This document shows positions 9,588-21,031 of a stretch of 64,000 bases of DNA, in pieces (within the stretch, counting starts at the first letter, position 1; the number at the start of each line of letters is the position of its first letter). The notes beneath the pieces are model-generated. The model ran no database searches. It saw nothing but the letters and a program-made list of their open reading frames with translations, and was not told where the DNA came from. The stretch is taken from sequence record SRR31156797_3598; one strand, given 5' to 3'. The position numbers were made by a program, and so were the translations under genes.

Positions 9588-10780
9588 TGCCAGTTTTCAG
9601 CTATGACGGACTCGACAAAAAAGGTAAACGTGTTAAAGGCGTTATCGAAGCAGAGGGTAAGAATGCCGCTCTGGCTAAGCTGTCCGCTGAAGGTCTGCTC
9701 GTATCTGACATATCGCAAGCATCCGCTAAAAAACGTATAGATAAATTCAGCTTCTCTCTCCGTAAGAAGGGGCTTGCTGATGTTTTCTTCCAGCTCTCTA
9801 TTTTGCTCGGGAGTGGTATCCCGCTAACCCGTGCTCTGAAAGTAACATCTGATACAGTTAAAGATCCTAAAATAAAAAGAACACTGATAGATATGGAGGA
9901 GCAGGTTAGCTCCGGTAAGCGTTTCTCTGATGCTATGGAGACTTACAAGGATATCTATACAGAGCTATATATTCACCTTATTCGTACATCTGAAAAGGTA
10001 GGGCGTTTGTCGTCAGTCCTTCTTGATATTTCAAAATTCGAAGAAGAGAAGAGAAAGGCTGGCGAAAAGATGACCAGTGCTATGATATATCCGTCTGTTG
10101 TTATGATGCTCGGTCTTGGTGTGGTAGGCTTTATGCTGACATTCGTAGTGCCTAAGCTTGAGAGTATATTCAAGTCAGCAGGTGCCGACATCCCTACATC
10201 GACAAAGATGCTCCTTGCGACATCGAGATTCATGCAGGATTACGGTATGCTTCTGTTCATATTTGTTCTTATCGTAGCGGTTGTTACAAGAAAGATTTAC
10301 AGCGCAAAAGGAGCCTTCAGGCTGAAGGTTGATAAGCGTTTATATAAGATGGCATTCGCCCGTGACGTTACAGCGTCCAGACTTGCCCATGTTCTCTCAT
10401 TTCAGCTCCGTGAGGGGCTCCCGCTTGTCGAGGCACTTGTGAACACAGCAGAAGGTATAAGTAATCTGCACGTTCGTGACGGGGTGGAGGGGATTGCTGA
10501 GGGTGTTAAAGGCGGTCGTAAATTCTCTGATTGCGTTACAGAGACAGGTCTTTTCTCAGAGCTTTTTGTGGCGGCAGTCGCAACAGGCGAGAAGAGTGGA
10601 AATATGCCTGATCTCCTCGACAGGGTAAATATATATTATTCCCGTAAAACAGAGCAGTTCACCTCAAGATTTGTATCTGTTATTGAGCCGCTGTTTATCA
10701 TGTTTATAGGGCTTGTTGTCGGCTTTATCGTTATATCTATTATGGATCCGCTTTTCTCAATCAATACTTTAGTTCAGTAA
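9587..10780 (+). CDS. gspF: T2SS inner membrane platform protein F
   Basis: Two T2SSF domains, AMIYP, GEKSG, IEPL. Confidence 0.95.
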   Translation: MPVFSYDGLDKKGKRVKGVIEAEGKNAALAKLSAEGLLVSDISQASAKKRIDKFSFSLRKKGLADVFFQLSILLGSGIPLTRALKVTSDTVKDPKIKRTLIDMEEQVSSGKRFSDAMETYKDIYTELYIHLIRTSEKVGRLSSVLLDISKFEEEKRKAGEKMTSAMIYPSVVMMLGLGVVGFMLTFVVPKLESIFKSAGADIPTSTKMLLATSRFMQDYGMLLFIFVLIVAVVTRKIYSAKGAFRLKVDKRLYKMAFARDVTASRLAHVLSFQLREGLPLVEALVNTAEGISNLHVRDGVEGIAEGVKGGRKFSDCVTETGLFSELFVAAVATGEKSGNMPDLLDRVNIYYSRKTEQFTSRFVSVIEPLFIMFIGLVVGFIVISIMDPLFSINTLVQ

Positions 10781-10956
10781 CAGGTTTAACAACCTGAGGC
10801 TTACTATAAGTCGATCCAATATACTGCCACTTTGTTGCGCCTTATTACATAAGGCTTAAGAGGCTCTTTTTTACTTTGTAATTATGAAATAATACCTTGC
10901 AATAACATGCTCATTTAGGATATTTTAAACGGATATGCATATTAATTGAGAGGCTT

Positions 10957-12753
10957 ATGAGTAACATCAGAAATTTCAGCATCATCGCACACATCGACCA
11001 CGGGAAATCCACTATCGCAGACAGGCTCATTGAGTTCACAAGCGCTGTGGATAAACGCAATATGAGAGACCAACTGCTCGACAGTATGGACATCGAACGT
11101 GAACGTGGAATCACTGTTAAGGCGCAGACTGTTCGCCTTACTTATAAAGCTGATGATGGTAACGAATATATATTGAATCTTATAGATACACCTGGACACG
11201 TAGACTTTACTTACGAGGTTTCACGTTCACTCGCTGCTTGCGAGGGCGGGCTTCTCGTTGTGGATGCGGCGCAGGGTGTTGAGGCGCAGACAATCGCTAA
11301 CGCCTATATGGCTGTTGATCAGGAGATGGAACTCGTTCCGGTTCTGAACAAGATTGACCTTCCTTCCGCTGACCCTGAGAAGGTGAAAGGCGAGATCGAA
11401 GACATTATAGGTATAGATGCATCAGATGCGATACTTGCCAGTGCGAAAGACGGCACAGGAACCAAAGAGATTCTCGAAGCTATTGTGGCAAACATCCCGG
11501 CGCCTGAGGGTGATTCGGAAAAGCCGCTTAAGGCTATGATCGTTGATTCATGGTACGACCCATACCTAGGTGTTATTGTGCTTGTGCGTATGATAGACGG
11601 TCAGCTCAAGGCTGGTGACAAGATTCAGTTTATGTCTAATAAGACTGAGCGTATTGTTGACACAGTTGGGTATTTCTTTCCAAAACCGACTAAAACAGAA
11701 GTTCTTAAAAGTGGCGAGGTTGGTTTCCTCACTGCATCTATAAAAAATATCAGAGAGATTAACATTGGTGACACTGTTACCATCATGAGGCGTCCCACTG
11801 AGACAGCTTTCCCCGGGTTTAAAAAGGTTAAGCCTGTTGTCTTTTGCGGTATGTATCCTGTTGATTCTAAAGATTATGAAGACCTTCGTGAAGCACTTGA
11901 AAAGCTTTCACTTAACGATAGCTCTATCACTTACGAACCTGAGACATCAGCTGCGTTGGGCTTTGGTTTCCGTGGCGGTTTCCTCGGGCTTCTTCATATG
12001 GAAATCATTCAGGAGAGACTCGAACGAGAGTTTGATCTTGATCTTGTAAATACAGCACCAACAGTTATTTACCGTGTTACGACCAAAGACGGTGAAGTTG
12101 TTATGATCGACAACCCTGCGGGTATGCCGGAAGTCGGAGATATTGAACTTATCGAAGAGCCAGTGATCGATGCTACAGTGATTCTGCCAGAGGAATTTGT
12201 CGGCGGAATAATGCAGCTTATGGTTAACAGGCGTGGTATGCAGACCAATATGAAATACATTAACGAGACCAGAGTTATGCTTGAGTATAAGCTTCCGCTG
12301 TCAGAGGTTGTGATGGATTTCTATGATAAGCTTAAATCCGTTTCGAAAGGTTATGCATCTTTCGATTATGAATTTTCTGGATATCAGCCGGGTGATCTTG
12401 TGAAACTTGATGTACTCCTTAACAAAGAGAAGGTTGATGCACTTTCGATTATCGTGCATAAGGATCAGGCATTTTATAAGGGGCGTGACCTTGCGGCGAA
12501 GCTTAAAGAGGTTATCCACAGGCAGATGTTTGACATAGCAATTCAGGCGGCGGTTGGTAATAAGATACTCGCCAGAGCGACCGTGAAAGCATACCGTAAA
12601 AATGTAACTGCGAAATGTTACGGTGGTGATATCACAAGAAAGCGTAAGCTCCTTGAAAAGCAGAAAGCTGGTAAGAAGAGAATGAAAAATGTAGGTAATG
12701 TTGAGATTCCGCAGGAAGCATTCATGGCGGTTCTCAAACTAGGTGATGAATAA
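10957..12753 (+). CDS. lepA: Elongation factor 4
   Basis: [30 protein letters not shown]. Confidence 0.99.
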   Translation: MSNIRNFSIIAHIDHGKSTIADRLIEFTSAVDKRNMRDQLLDSMDIERERGITVKAQTVRLTYKADDGNEYILNLIDTPGHVDFTYEVSRSLAACEGGLLVVDAAQGVEAQTIANAYMAVDQEMELVPVLNKIDLPSADPEKVKGEIEDIIGIDASDAILASAKDGTGTKEILEAIVANIPAPEGDSEKPLKAMIVDSWYDPYLGVIVLVRMIDGQLKAGDKIQFMSNKTERIVDTVGYFFPKPTKTEVLKSGEVGFLTASIKNIREINIGDTVTIMRRPTETAFPGFKKVKPVVFCGMYPVDSKDYEDLREALEKLSLNDSSITYEPETSAALGFGFRGGFLGLLHMEIIQERLEREFDLDLVNTAPTVIYRVTTKDGEVVMIDNPAGMPEVGDIELIEEPVIDATVILPEEFVGGIMQLMVNRRGMQTNMKYINETRVMLEYKLPLSEVVMDFYDKLKSVSKGYASFDYEFSGYQPGDLVKLDVLLNKEKVDALSIIVHKDQAFYKGRDLAAKLKEVIHRQMFDIAIQAAVGNKILARATVKAYRKNVTAKCYGGDITRKRKLLEKQKAGKKRMKNVGNVEIPQEAFMAVLKLGDE

Positions 12754-13399
12754 AATGGAAGAAACAAATATAGAGACTCCGATTAAGAAGAAGGACGGTT
12801 TTTTTGACTCATTAGTTGTTGCTGTCGTTATAGCGATGATAATAAAAGGTCTTTTACTACAAACATATACGATTCCGTCAGAATCCATGTACTCCACGCT
12901 TAAAGTTGGTGATTTCCTAATACTTAACAGGCTCGCATACACTTTCAGCTCTCCTGAAGTGGGCGATGTTGTTGTGTTTGAATATCCGCTTGAGCCTCAG
13001 AAAGACTTTATCAAGAGGGTGGTTGGAACGCCGGGCGATAAGGTTAAGCTTGTTGATAAGGTGCTTTATGTTAACGGTGTCGCTATCGAAGAGCCGTATA
13101 AACGTACAAACGGTATGGAACCGCTCGATGCTGTGGTGACAACCAAAGATAATTTCCCGGAATTTACTGTTCCTGAGGGGCAGTATTTTATGATGGGTGA
13201 CAATAGAGACAATAGTTACGACAGTCGTTTCTGGGGATTTGTCGGCGAGGATAAGATAAGGGGTAAGGCTCTGCTTATCTACTGGTCGCTTGAGACTCCA
13301 AAGTATAATTCTGCATGGGCTAAATTCCCTCTCAGACCTTTCAGATTTCTTAATCCTAAGTACAATAGGTTTGAGCGTTTCCTAATGCGAATAAATTGA
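12743..13399 (+). CDS. lepB: Signal peptidase I
   Basis: IPSESM catalytic Ser, FIKRVVG Lys, [11 protein letters not shown]. Confidence 0.97.
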   Translation: MMNKMEETNIETPIKKKDGFFDSLVVAVVIAMIIKGLLLQTYTIPSESMYSTLKVGDFLILNRLAYTFSSPEVGDVVVFEYPLEPQKDFIKRVVGTPGDKVKLVDKVLYVNGVAIEEPYKRTNGMEPLDAVVTTKDNFPEFTVPEGQYFMMGDNRDNSYDSRFWGFVGEDKIRGKALLIYWSLETPKYNSAWAKFPLRPFRFLNPKYNRFERFLMRIN

Positions 13400-13454
13400 A
13401 ATAAAGACATATTTGTGTAATAATTATAAGAATTTAAATATTAAGGGGTGTGTG

Positions 13455-14171
13455 GTGGCAAAACCTGTTTATGAGACTATTCTGTTAAAGCTCAGCGGTG
13501 AAGCTCTTATGGGTAAATCCGATTTTGGTATTGATTTTGAAACAGCTAAATTTATAGTGAACCAGATAAAAGAGGTTGTTGACCTCGGTGTGAGAGTCGG
13601 TATTGTTGTTGGCGGCGGAAACATTTTTCGCGGGATGAACGGTACTGCACAGAATATGGACAGGGTCTCAGCAGACTATATGGGGATGCTCGCTACAGTG
13701 ATGAACTCACTCGCTCTTCAGGACGGACTTGAGAAAGTCGGTATCCCTACAAGAGTTCAGACAGCTATTGAGATGCGACAGATCGCAGAACCTTTTATCA
13801 GAAGAAGGGCTATGCGTCACTTAGAAAAGAGCAGAGTCGTTATCTTCGCAGCGGGTACAGGTAACCCTTACTTCACAACTGACACAGCGGCGACTCTCAG
13901 AGGTACTGAGATCAATGCAGAGGTCATTCTTAAAGCGACAAAAGTTGACGGTATCTACTCAGACGATCCGGTAACAAATAAAGACGCAGTAAAATTCGAC
14001 AATATAACTTACCTCGATGTACTCAACAAAGGGCTTAAGGTTATGGATTCTGCTGCTATCTCACTCTGTATGGACAATAAAATACCAATTGTGGTTTTTG
14101 ATATATTTGGCGAAGGAAACATGAAAAAGCTTGTTCTCGGCGAAAAAGTCGGGACAATAGTGGAGGGTTAA
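13455..14171 (+). CDS. pyrH: UMP kinase
   Basis: [28 protein letters not shown] start after GGGG RBS. Confidence 0.98.
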   Translation: MAKPVYETILLKLSGEALMGKSDFGIDFETAKFIVNQIKEVVDLGVRVGIVVGGGNIFRGMNGTAQNMDRVSADYMGMLATVMNSLALQDGLEKVGIPTRVQTAIEMRQIAEPFIRRRAMRHLEKSRVVIFAAGTGNPYFTTDTAATLRGTEINAEVILKATKVDGIYSDDPVTNKDAVKFDNITYLDVLNKGLKVMDSAAISLCMDNKIPIVVFDIFGEGNMKKLVLGEKVGTIVEG

Positions 14172-14173
14172 TT

Positions 14174-14731
14174 ATGCCAGCATCAGTTATTAAAGATTTG
14201 AAAGATAAGATGGACAAAACTATAGCTCATTACAGAGAAGAGCTGAAATCTATAAGAACAGGAAGAGCTTCTATTGCTATGTTCGACGGTGTTACTGTCG
14301 ATTACTACGGTGCTCCTACCCCTTTATCGGGTGTTGCGACACTTAGCGCACCGGAGCCGAGACTTATCACTATCTCACCTTGGGACGCAACTATCATCCC
14401 GGCTATCGAGAAGGCTATCCAGAATTCTAACATGGGCTTCAACCCTTCTAACGATGGAAAGCTTATCCGCATACCTGTTCCGCAGCTTACAGAAGAGCGC
14501 AGAAAAGAGATCGTGAAACTTGTTAAAAAGATGGGCGAGGATAACAAAGTTGCTATCCGTAACCTCAGAAGAGACGGTAACGATAAGATTAAGAAACTTG
14601 AGAAAGATAAAGAGATTTCTGAGGATGATTCTAAGAAGTTTATAGATGATATCCAGAATGTAACTAACGATTTTATCAAGCAGGTAGATGATGTTACCGC
14701 TGGAAAAGAGAAAGAGGTAATGGAGATATAG
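14174..14731 (+). CDS. frr: Ribosome recycling factor
   Basis: IRTGRA, PQLTEERRKE. Confidence 0.98.
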   Translation: MPASVIKDLKDKMDKTIAHYREELKSIRTGRASIAMFDGVTVDYYGAPTPLSGVATLSAPEPRLITISPWDATIIPAIEKAIQNSNMGFNPSNDGKLIRIPVPQLTEERRKEIVKLVKKMGEDNKVAIRNLRRDGNDKIKKLEKDKEISEDDSKKFIDDIQNVTNDFIKQVDDVTAGKEKEVMEI

Positions 14732-15465
14732 TGCCTGAAATTAAAATACCTGAACACCTTGCGATAATTATGGACGGTAACGGACGCTGGGCTAAAAACC
14801 AGGGTCTCGCCCGTATTTTCGGTCACAAAAAAGGGGCTGAGGTTGTAAGGGATATAATTAGATACTCAAGTGATATAGGGGTTAAGTATTTAACCCTATA
14901 CACTTTTTCTATGGAGAATTGGCTTCGTCCTAAGGATGAGGTAGGTTTTCTGATGGAGCTTTTAGAGGATTATCTTAAGAGCGAAGTTGAGGAGATGGAC
15001 AAGAAGAATGTGAGGTTGCTTGTCTCAGGCAGAACACATCTTTTACCTGAGAGGACCGGCGGTGTTATAGACGAGTCTATCGAAAGGTTGTCTAAAAATA
15101 CCGGTATGGTGCTTAACCTTGCGCTCTCTTACGGTGGTCGCAGCGAGATAGTCGATGCCGCTAAAACTATGGCTAGGCTAGCTATCCAAGGCGAAATAGA
15201 GCTTGATAAGATAGAGCGTGATGAGTTTGGTCAATTTATGTATAACTCTGAAATACCTGATATCGATCTACTTATCCGCACCAGTGGTGAGATTCGCATA
15301 AGCAATTTTATGCTTTGGCGTGCGGCATACAGTGAGCTTTATTTTACCGATGTTCTCTGGCCTGATTTCAGCAAAGAAGTTCTCGATGAGGCTTTTGTTG
15401 AATACTCCAGCCGTGTCCGCAGATTCGGTATGACAGACGAACAAGTGGCTACTGGCGATGAGTGA
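14731..15465 (+). CDS. uppS: Undecaprenyl diphosphate synthase
   Basis: IIMDGNGRWA, RTSGEIRISNF. Confidence 0.97.
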   Translation: MPEIKIPEHLAIIMDGNGRWAKNQGLARIFGHKKGAEVVRDIIRYSSDIGVKYLTLYTFSMENWLRPKDEVGFLMELLEDYLKSEVEEMDKKNVRLLVSGRTHLLPERTGGVIDESIERLSKNTGMVLNLALSYGGRSEIVDAAKTMARLAIQGEIELDKIERDEFGQFMYNSEIPDIDLLIRTSGEIRISNFMLWRAAYSELYFTDVLWPDFSKEVLDEAFVEYSSRVRRFGMTDEQVATGDE

Positions 15466-16255
15466 GAGAAATAAACGAATAATAACCGCTCTATTGGCGA
15501 TACCTCCTATTGTTGCCCTTATCATCTATTTTGATAATATTGTATTCTTTGTCGCCGTACTTGCGGTGATACTTGTTTCAGCGAAAGAATTTATGAATAT
15601 GCTTGAAAATGCGGGGATAAAAATCCTTTATTTTCCAGCTTTTTTCGGTTCTGTGCTCCTCCCTTACAGTATATATGTGGGTGATGTGAGCATCTTTTCT
15701 GCTGCTCTGGTTGTTACTGCCGGGCTTTCAATGATATTTAAACTGTTTGACAAAGAACCTCTGGAGAATACTTTTATCGCCATAGGTTCCACAATGCTGA
15801 CAGTTCTTTACGCCCCTCTGATGTTTTCATTTATAATTCTTCTGCGCAAAGTTGGTGTGCATTACATCTTTATGCTGTGTGCTATTATATGGATGAGTGA
15901 TACCTGCGCATACTTTTTCGGGTGCAGATACGGTAAGCACAGGCTTTATGAAAAGATCAGCCCGAAGAAAAGTATCGAAGGTGCTTTTGCTGCTTATATA
16001 GGTGGTGTAGTTTCAGGTGTGCTTTACGCATACTTGCTTATGGATATGGATCTTTACCATGCCGGTTTTGCATCATTTCTTGTGGTTACTGCCGGTATGA
16101 TAGGCGACCTCGTGGAGTCTATGTTTAAGAGACGAGCTGATGTGAAAGATTCCGGTACTATAATTCCCGGGCATGGTGGTTTTCTCGACCGTGTTGATTC
16201 GCTCCTTTTTGGTGCTCCGGCACTTTACCTCTACATTATATACGTGGTGCTTTAG
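15458..16255 (+). CDS. cdsA: Phosphatidate cytidylyltransferase
   Basis: ISPKKSIEG, KDSGTIIPGHGGFLDRVDS. Confidence 0.97.
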   Translation: MSERNKRIITALLAIPPIVALIIYFDNIVFFVAVLAVILVSAKEFMNMLENAGIKILYFPAFFGSVLLPYSIYVGDVSIFSAALVVTAGLSMIFKLFDKEPLENTFIAIGSTMLTVLYAPLMFSFIILLRKVGVHYIFMLCAIIWMSDTCAYFFGCRYGKHRLYEKISPKKSIEGAFAAYIGGVVSGVLYAYLLMDMDLYHAGFASFLVVTAGMIGDLVESMFKRRADVKDSGTIIPGHGGFLDRVDSLLFGAPALYLYIIYVVL

Positions 16256-16258
16256 CCC

Positions 16259-17389
16259 ATGGCAAAGCGCATAGGGATTGTTGGCTCTACAGGTTCTATA
16301 GGAACCCAGGCGCTTGATGTCGTACGCAGGAACAGAGACGCTTACGAAGTCGTTTTTCTTAGCTGCAATAATAATATAAAACTTTTAAAAGAACAGGCGG
16401 AAGAGTTTTCGCCTCAACATATATGTACCACTGGCGATAAGCCTATTGATGGTGCGCTTTTCGGTTTTGATGAGCTTCTGAAGCTTATCCGTGAGGCTGA
16501 CGTTGATATGGTTATATCCGCTGCTGTTGGTGCTGCGGGGATAATGCCCGCCTACGAGACAGTGTGCAGAGGTATTGATCTGGCTCTGGCTAATAAAGAG
16601 TCGATAGTGGCAGCAGGCAGGCTTATCTTAGGCAAGGCGGCAGAGACCGGGAGCAGAGTGATTCCTGTCGATTCTGAACATTCCGCTATCTTTCAATGCC
16701 TGAACGGACAGAAGAAGGAGCACCTAAACAGTATCGTTCTAACAGCTAGCGGCGGTGCTTTTCGTAATACGCCTGTTGATGCTCTCGGTTATATGACAAA
16801 AACCGAAGCGCTGAAACACCCTAATTGGGACATGGGTGCAAAGATCACAGTTGACAGTGCTACTATGATGAACAAAGGTCTTGAGCTTATAGAGGCGAGA
16901 TTTCTTTTTGACGTTCCCTCTGAGATGCTAGGTGTGGTTATACATCCTCAGTCTGTTGTTCACTCTTATGTCACATTCAAGGACGGAAGCATGATAGCCC
17001 AGATGGGCGATCCTGATATGCGCACACCTATATCTTATGCGATGGCTTACCCTGAAAGGATAATATCCGGTGTAGCTCCACTCGATATGGCTGAAGTTGG
17101 CAAGCTGACTTTTAAAAAACCTGACCTTGACAAATATATGTGTCTTAAAATTGCCCTGGAAGTATTGAAAAAGGATGAGAGTAGTCCTATGATAGCTATG
17201 AATGCTGCCAATGAGATAGCGGTAGAGGCGTTCATAAAGGGCAAGTTAAAATACCTCAGCATACCTGAGATTATTTCAGATACTCTCGGTAAATGTGATT
17301 TTGATGAACCAACTTCTGTCGAAGCTGTCTTAGAAGCTGATATCAAGGCACGTGAAATAGCGTTAAACATACTTAATAAAGGGATTTAA
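16259..17389 (+). CDS. dxr: 1-deoxy-D-xylulose 5-phosphate reductoisomerase
   Basis: GSTGSIG, LANKE, PVDSEH, HPNWDMG. Confidence 0.98.
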   Translation: MAKRIGIVGSTGSIGTQALDVVRRNRDAYEVVFLSCNNNIKLLKEQAEEFSPQHICTTGDKPIDGALFGFDELLKLIREADVDMVISAAVGAAGIMPAYETVCRGIDLALANKESIVAAGRLILGKAAETGSRVIPVDSEHSAIFQCLNGQKKEHLNSIVLTASGGAFRNTPVDALGYMTKTEALKHPNWDMGAKITVDSATMMNKGLELIEARFLFDVPSEMLGVVIHPQSVVHSYVTFKDGSMIAQMGDPDMRTPISYAMAYPERIISGVAPLDMAEVGKLTFKKPDLDKYMCLKIALEVLKKDESSPMIAMNAANEIAVEAFIKGKLKYLSIPEIISDTLGKCDFDEPTSVEAVLEADIKAREIALNILNKGI

Positions 17390-17391
17390 TA

Positions 17392-18450
17392 ATGGGAATA
17401 ATATCTGCGATACTTCTTTTAGGAGTGCTTATTTTCATACACGAACTCGGTCATTTTCTGTTTGCTAAAAGGAACGGAGTGCTGGTTGAGAAGTTTTCTA
17501 TAGGTTTCGGACCGAAGATATTTTCGAGGACAAAAGGCGAAACAGAATACGTTCTTTCCGCTATACCGCTCGGCGGTTTTGTTAAGATGTATGGCGAAAG
17601 TCTCGACGCTGAAGTTTCGGAAGAGCTTAAAAACAGGTCTTTCGCTCACAAGCCGCTCAAGGCTAGATTTGCAATAGTCTTCGCAGGTCCGATGTTTAAT
17701 TTCATCCTCGCTATACTTATATACACTGCGATCTTTATGATAGGAACTCCACGCTTCTTAGCTTCTGTTGGTGACGTTATCGAAGGTGCGCCTGCACAGG
17801 CTGCGGGGCTCATGAAAGGTGATTTAATTAAGTCACTCGATGGTATTGAGATGAAATACTGGGACGAGATGAGCAGTTATGTCAGCCAGAAGCCGGGCGA
17901 ATCAGTTAAATTTGTTATCGAACGTGGTGACCAGCTATTAAATCTGACCATTACACCTGAAAATGTCGAGGCGAAGACTGTGTTTGGTGAGCCGACTAAT
18001 ATCGGCAGGGTAGGTATTCAGCGTGGTGAATTAACTGAAAGCTCAAGAATACTTAACCCTTTCAAAGCATTTGCTAAAGGCGTAGAACAGACTTATAAGG
18101 TGTCTGAGCTTATGGTGATGGGTGTGGTTAAGATTATTCAGAAAGTTGTCCCTGCGGACAATCTGGGCGGTCCTATAATGATTGTAAAGATGGCTAAAGA
18201 CTCTGCGGAAACAGGTATTATAAGTTTCCTCAGCTTCATGGCGATCATTAGCATAAATCTCGGAATTTTGAATCTTTTACCTATCCCTGTGCTCGACGGA
18301 GGGCACTTAATGTTCTTCTCTATCGAGGCGATTACACGTCGTCCTGTGAGCATCAAGATCAGGGAGTATGCGAACATGGCAGGGCTCTCATTACTGCTTT
18401 TTGTCATGTTTTTCGCTTTCTATAACGATATAATGAGATTTTTTAGGTAA
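17392..18450 (+). CDS. rseP: RIP metalloprotease RseP
   Basis: HELGH, PDZ domain, NLLPIPVLDGG. Confidence 0.96.
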   Translation: MGIISAILLLGVLIFIHELGHFLFAKRNGVLVEKFSIGFGPKIFSRTKGETEYVLSAIPLGGFVKMYGESLDAEVSEELKNRSFAHKPLKARFAIVFAGPMFNFILAILIYTAIFMIGTPRFLASVGDVIEGAPAQAAGLMKGDLIKSLDGIEMKYWDEMSSYVSQKPGESVKFVIERGDQLLNLTITPENVEAKTVFGEPTNIGRVGIQRGELTESSRILNPFKAFAKGVEQTYKVSELMVMGVVKIIQKVVPADNLGGPIMIVKMAKDSAETGIISFLSFMAIISINLGILNLLPIPVLDGGHLMFFSIEAITRRPVSIKIREYANMAGLSLLLFVMFFAFYNDIMRFFR

Positions 18451-18510
18451 ATATTTTAGCTTATATATCAATGCTTTATAAATTAATTCAAAAAAAATTC
18501 ATATTTTAAC

Positions 18511-18538
18511 TAAAGAAATAGCTGTTTTTAGACGAATT
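18511..18538 (+). promoter_or_regulatory. Putative sigma28 (FliA/SigD) promoter of flagellin
   Basis: TAAA-N16-GACGAATT versus consensus TAAA-N15/16-GCCGAT(A/T). Confidence 0.6.
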
Positions 18539-18544
18539 TAAAAA

Positions 18545-18560
18545 TGCGCAAGGATGCGCA
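18545..18560 (+). promoter_or_regulatory. Putative CsrA-binding hairpin in flagellin leader
   Basis: TGCGCA-AGGA-TGCGCA perfect stem with GGA loop; further GGA motifs in the RBS. Confidence 0.6.
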
Positions 18561-18592
18561 GACCTCTATTGAAAGAATCAAGGAGGATAGAG

Positions 18593-20989
18593 ATGGCTAT
18601 TAGAATCTATCAAAACGTAATGTCGCTGAACGCTCAGAGAAATGTGGGCGTTAGTCAGGGACAACTTGGCAAATCTATCGAAAGGCTCTCTTCAGGGCTC
18701 CGCATTAACCATGCCGCAGATGACGCTTCAGGTCTTGCAATATCTGAGAAATTGAGAGGTCAAATTGCCGGTCTTTCGCGTGCTTCAATGAACGCACAAG
18801 ACGGTATCTCAATGTTGCAAACAGCAGAAGGGGCACTCGGCGAAGTCAACACCATGCTTTCCAGAATGAGAGAACTCTCAGTTCAGGCGGCAAACGGTAC
18901 TTACACTTCAAACGACCGTGTGGAAATCCAGAAAGAAGTTGAGCAGCTTAAGGATGAGATCGACAGAATCTCCTCATCCACAGAATTCAACACAAAGAAA
19001 CTCCTTAATGGAGACGGAACAGCTCTCTGGTCAGCAAGCTCTGACAAGATCGAAGCTATTATCCGTGACAACGTTGACGAGGGTAACTATAAGATTACTC
19101 TTGAAACAACACCCGGTGAGAACCAGATTTTCAAAACTGATATCATGACACTTAGAGATGGTGTTATCGGTGCTGAGATCTACACAGCAAACAACAGTAA
19201 CGACACAAATGTAGCTTCAGTTACTGACCCAGAGACACTCGCTTCAACAGGAACAGCTGTTTACACTATTTCAGTTGGCGACACATCTTCATCAAACACA
19301 GTAGACGTATCTTACGCAGGTATGTTCCAGCAAGCTGGATCGGGATTTGTAGTGAATACCCTTTCATCAGCTGGCGGTTCATTCGGTGAGGTATCCGGTT
19401 ACGCAGAACTTGAATTTACAAGCTCTGGTGGCGCAACAACATCTGCACAGATCAGATTTATTGATGCTACTACAGGTCAGATAGGAGATTGGTCAACAAT
19501 TACTCTTACAGATGCTGGTAACGACGGGACACTCTCTGCTAACGCTTCTGCAGTTTCTTTCAAGAACTCAGCAGATGTTGATCTCTCATTTAACATGAGC
19601 TTCGACTATGCAAGCGGTGAGATTCAGTCTGGTGACAAGGTGCTCATGAGTATTACTGCTTTCAACGCTGGTGCAGCGGTTGACGCAGGTGTAGCTCTCT
19701 CTGGTGGTGGAACTATACAGATATCTGACGGTCCTTCCGGTCAGACTGGTCCTACTATAGTTTTCACAGCAGCAGATTCACTTACAGAAGGCGACAATGG
19801 AGACAACTTCCTCGATGTTAACTCTGTAACTGTTTATCACGCTACAATTAACGAAAAAACAGGTAACGTAGATCTCGGTAACCTTACACTGAATTTCAGT
19901 GAGGAAACAGCGGATTATGACACTGTCACTACATCTGGTAAAACAGATACTGGTGACTTCCAGCTGATGATCACAGGTTCCGGTGAAGCGGCCGCTACCA
20001 CAACAAAGGTTTCTGACCTTGCAGTATTTGTAGACGCAGACGGAAACAGCCTGTTTGAAAACAAGCAGGAACTTACAATCTGGGGTAACGGTAAAAGTGC
20101 AACAATATATATCGAAGGTGATGACACTCTCTCTGATATAGAAGAGAAGATGACAGCAGCTATCGCTGAAGATCTCGATATGGGATCAGACGATAACAAT
20201 GTTAACGGTCACCTCGTAGACTATGTTTCAGTTGCAGAATCAGATGGTCCTAAAGCTGTAAAAGGTACATTTATCATCCAGACAGCCCTCACAGGCGAGC
20301 AGGGTGAGATAGCCTTCTCCGGTGATCAGAGACTCATTGACGGATTCTCACTTAACGAGATCCAGGAAGCAACAAACAACACAACTAAAGTTGAGATTTA
20401 TAACGCTCACACTGGCGACCTCATCGGTTCTGATGAGACTGGTAACGACAGAGTTTTCGGTGTTATCGGTGGTGTAGAAGTTGTTCTCGACTCAAGAGCT
20501 GGTGTTGATGAGACATGGAATACAACAACAGGTTCCATCGATTTTACAACGAATGCTTCGGCTGCTAACGAAGAGTATTTCCTACACATCGTGGATAACT
20601 CAACAGATCTGCAGATTGGAGCTAACGAAGGACAGACACTTGCAGTAAGCATACCTCAGCTTGACGTGACAGGTCTCGGGCTTGACGACTTAACACTCGT
20701 TTCCCAGAAGCTTGCACAGAAAGCTATCCCAGACATTGATGCGGCTATCGACAGGGTAGTAAGCATTAGAGCTACAATTGGTGCGCAGATCAATAGACTT
20801 GAACACACCATTGTGAACCTTGATACAGCTAAAGAAAACATGACAGCTTCAGAATCAAGGATCAGGGACTTGGATATGGCCGAGGAAATGGCAACATTTA
20901 CCAGATATCAAATGCTTTCACAAGCGGGTATCTCAATGCTTGCACAGGCTAACCAGATTCCACAACAGGCTCTTCAGCTACTTCAGTAA
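18593..20989 (+). CDS. fliC: Flagellin, 798 aa
   Basis: ERLSSGLRINHAADDASGLAISE N-terminus, SRIRDLDMA...QALQLL C-terminus; ATG 18593 after AGGAGG. Confidence 0.97.
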   Translation: MAIRIYQNVMSLNAQRNVGVSQGQLGKSIERLSSGLRINHAADDASGLAISEKLRGQIAGLSRASMNAQDGISMLQTAEGALGEVNTMLSRMRELSVQAANGTYTSNDRVEIQKEVEQLKDEIDRISSSTEFNTKKLLNGDGTALWSASSDKIEAIIRDNVDEGNYKITLETTPGENQIFKTDIMTLRDGVIGAEIYTANNSNDTNVASVTDPETLASTGTAVYTISVGDTSSSNTVDVSYAGMFQQAGSGFVVNTLSSAGGSFGEVSGYAELEFTSSGGATTSAQIRFIDATTGQIGDWSTITLTDAGNDGTLSANASAVSFKNSADVDLSFNMSFDYASGEIQSGDKVLMSITAFNAGAAVDAGVALSGGGTIQISDGPSGQTGPTIVFTAADSLTEGDNGDNFLDVNSVTVYHATINEKTGNVDLGNLTLNFSEETADYDTVTTSGKTDTGDFQLMITGSGEAAATTTKVSDLAVFVDADGNSLFENKQELTIWGNGKSATIYIEGDDTLSDIEEKMTAAIAEDLDMGSDDNNVNGHLVDYVSVAESDGPKAVKGTFIIQTALTGEQGEIAFSGDQRLIDGFSLNEIQEATNNTTKVEIYNAHTGDLIGSDETGNDRVFGVIGGVEVVLDSRAGVDETWNTTTGSIDFTTNASAANEEYFLHIVDNSTDLQIGANEGQTLAVSIPQLDVTGLGLDDLTLVSQKLAQKAIPDIDAAIDRVVSIRATIGAQINRLEHTIVNLDTAKENMTASESRIRDLDMAEEMATFTRYQMLSQAGISMLAQANQIPQQALQLLQ

Positions 20990-21031
20990 AATAACACTAA
21001 ACTGATGTAGAAAAATTAGGGAGGTAGTAAA

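Noticed and set aside
164-10780. Type IV pilus interpretation, or missing gspO as a defect
   Set aside because: GspC, GspK and GspG signatures indicate T2SS; the prepilin peptidase is commonly encoded elsewhere.
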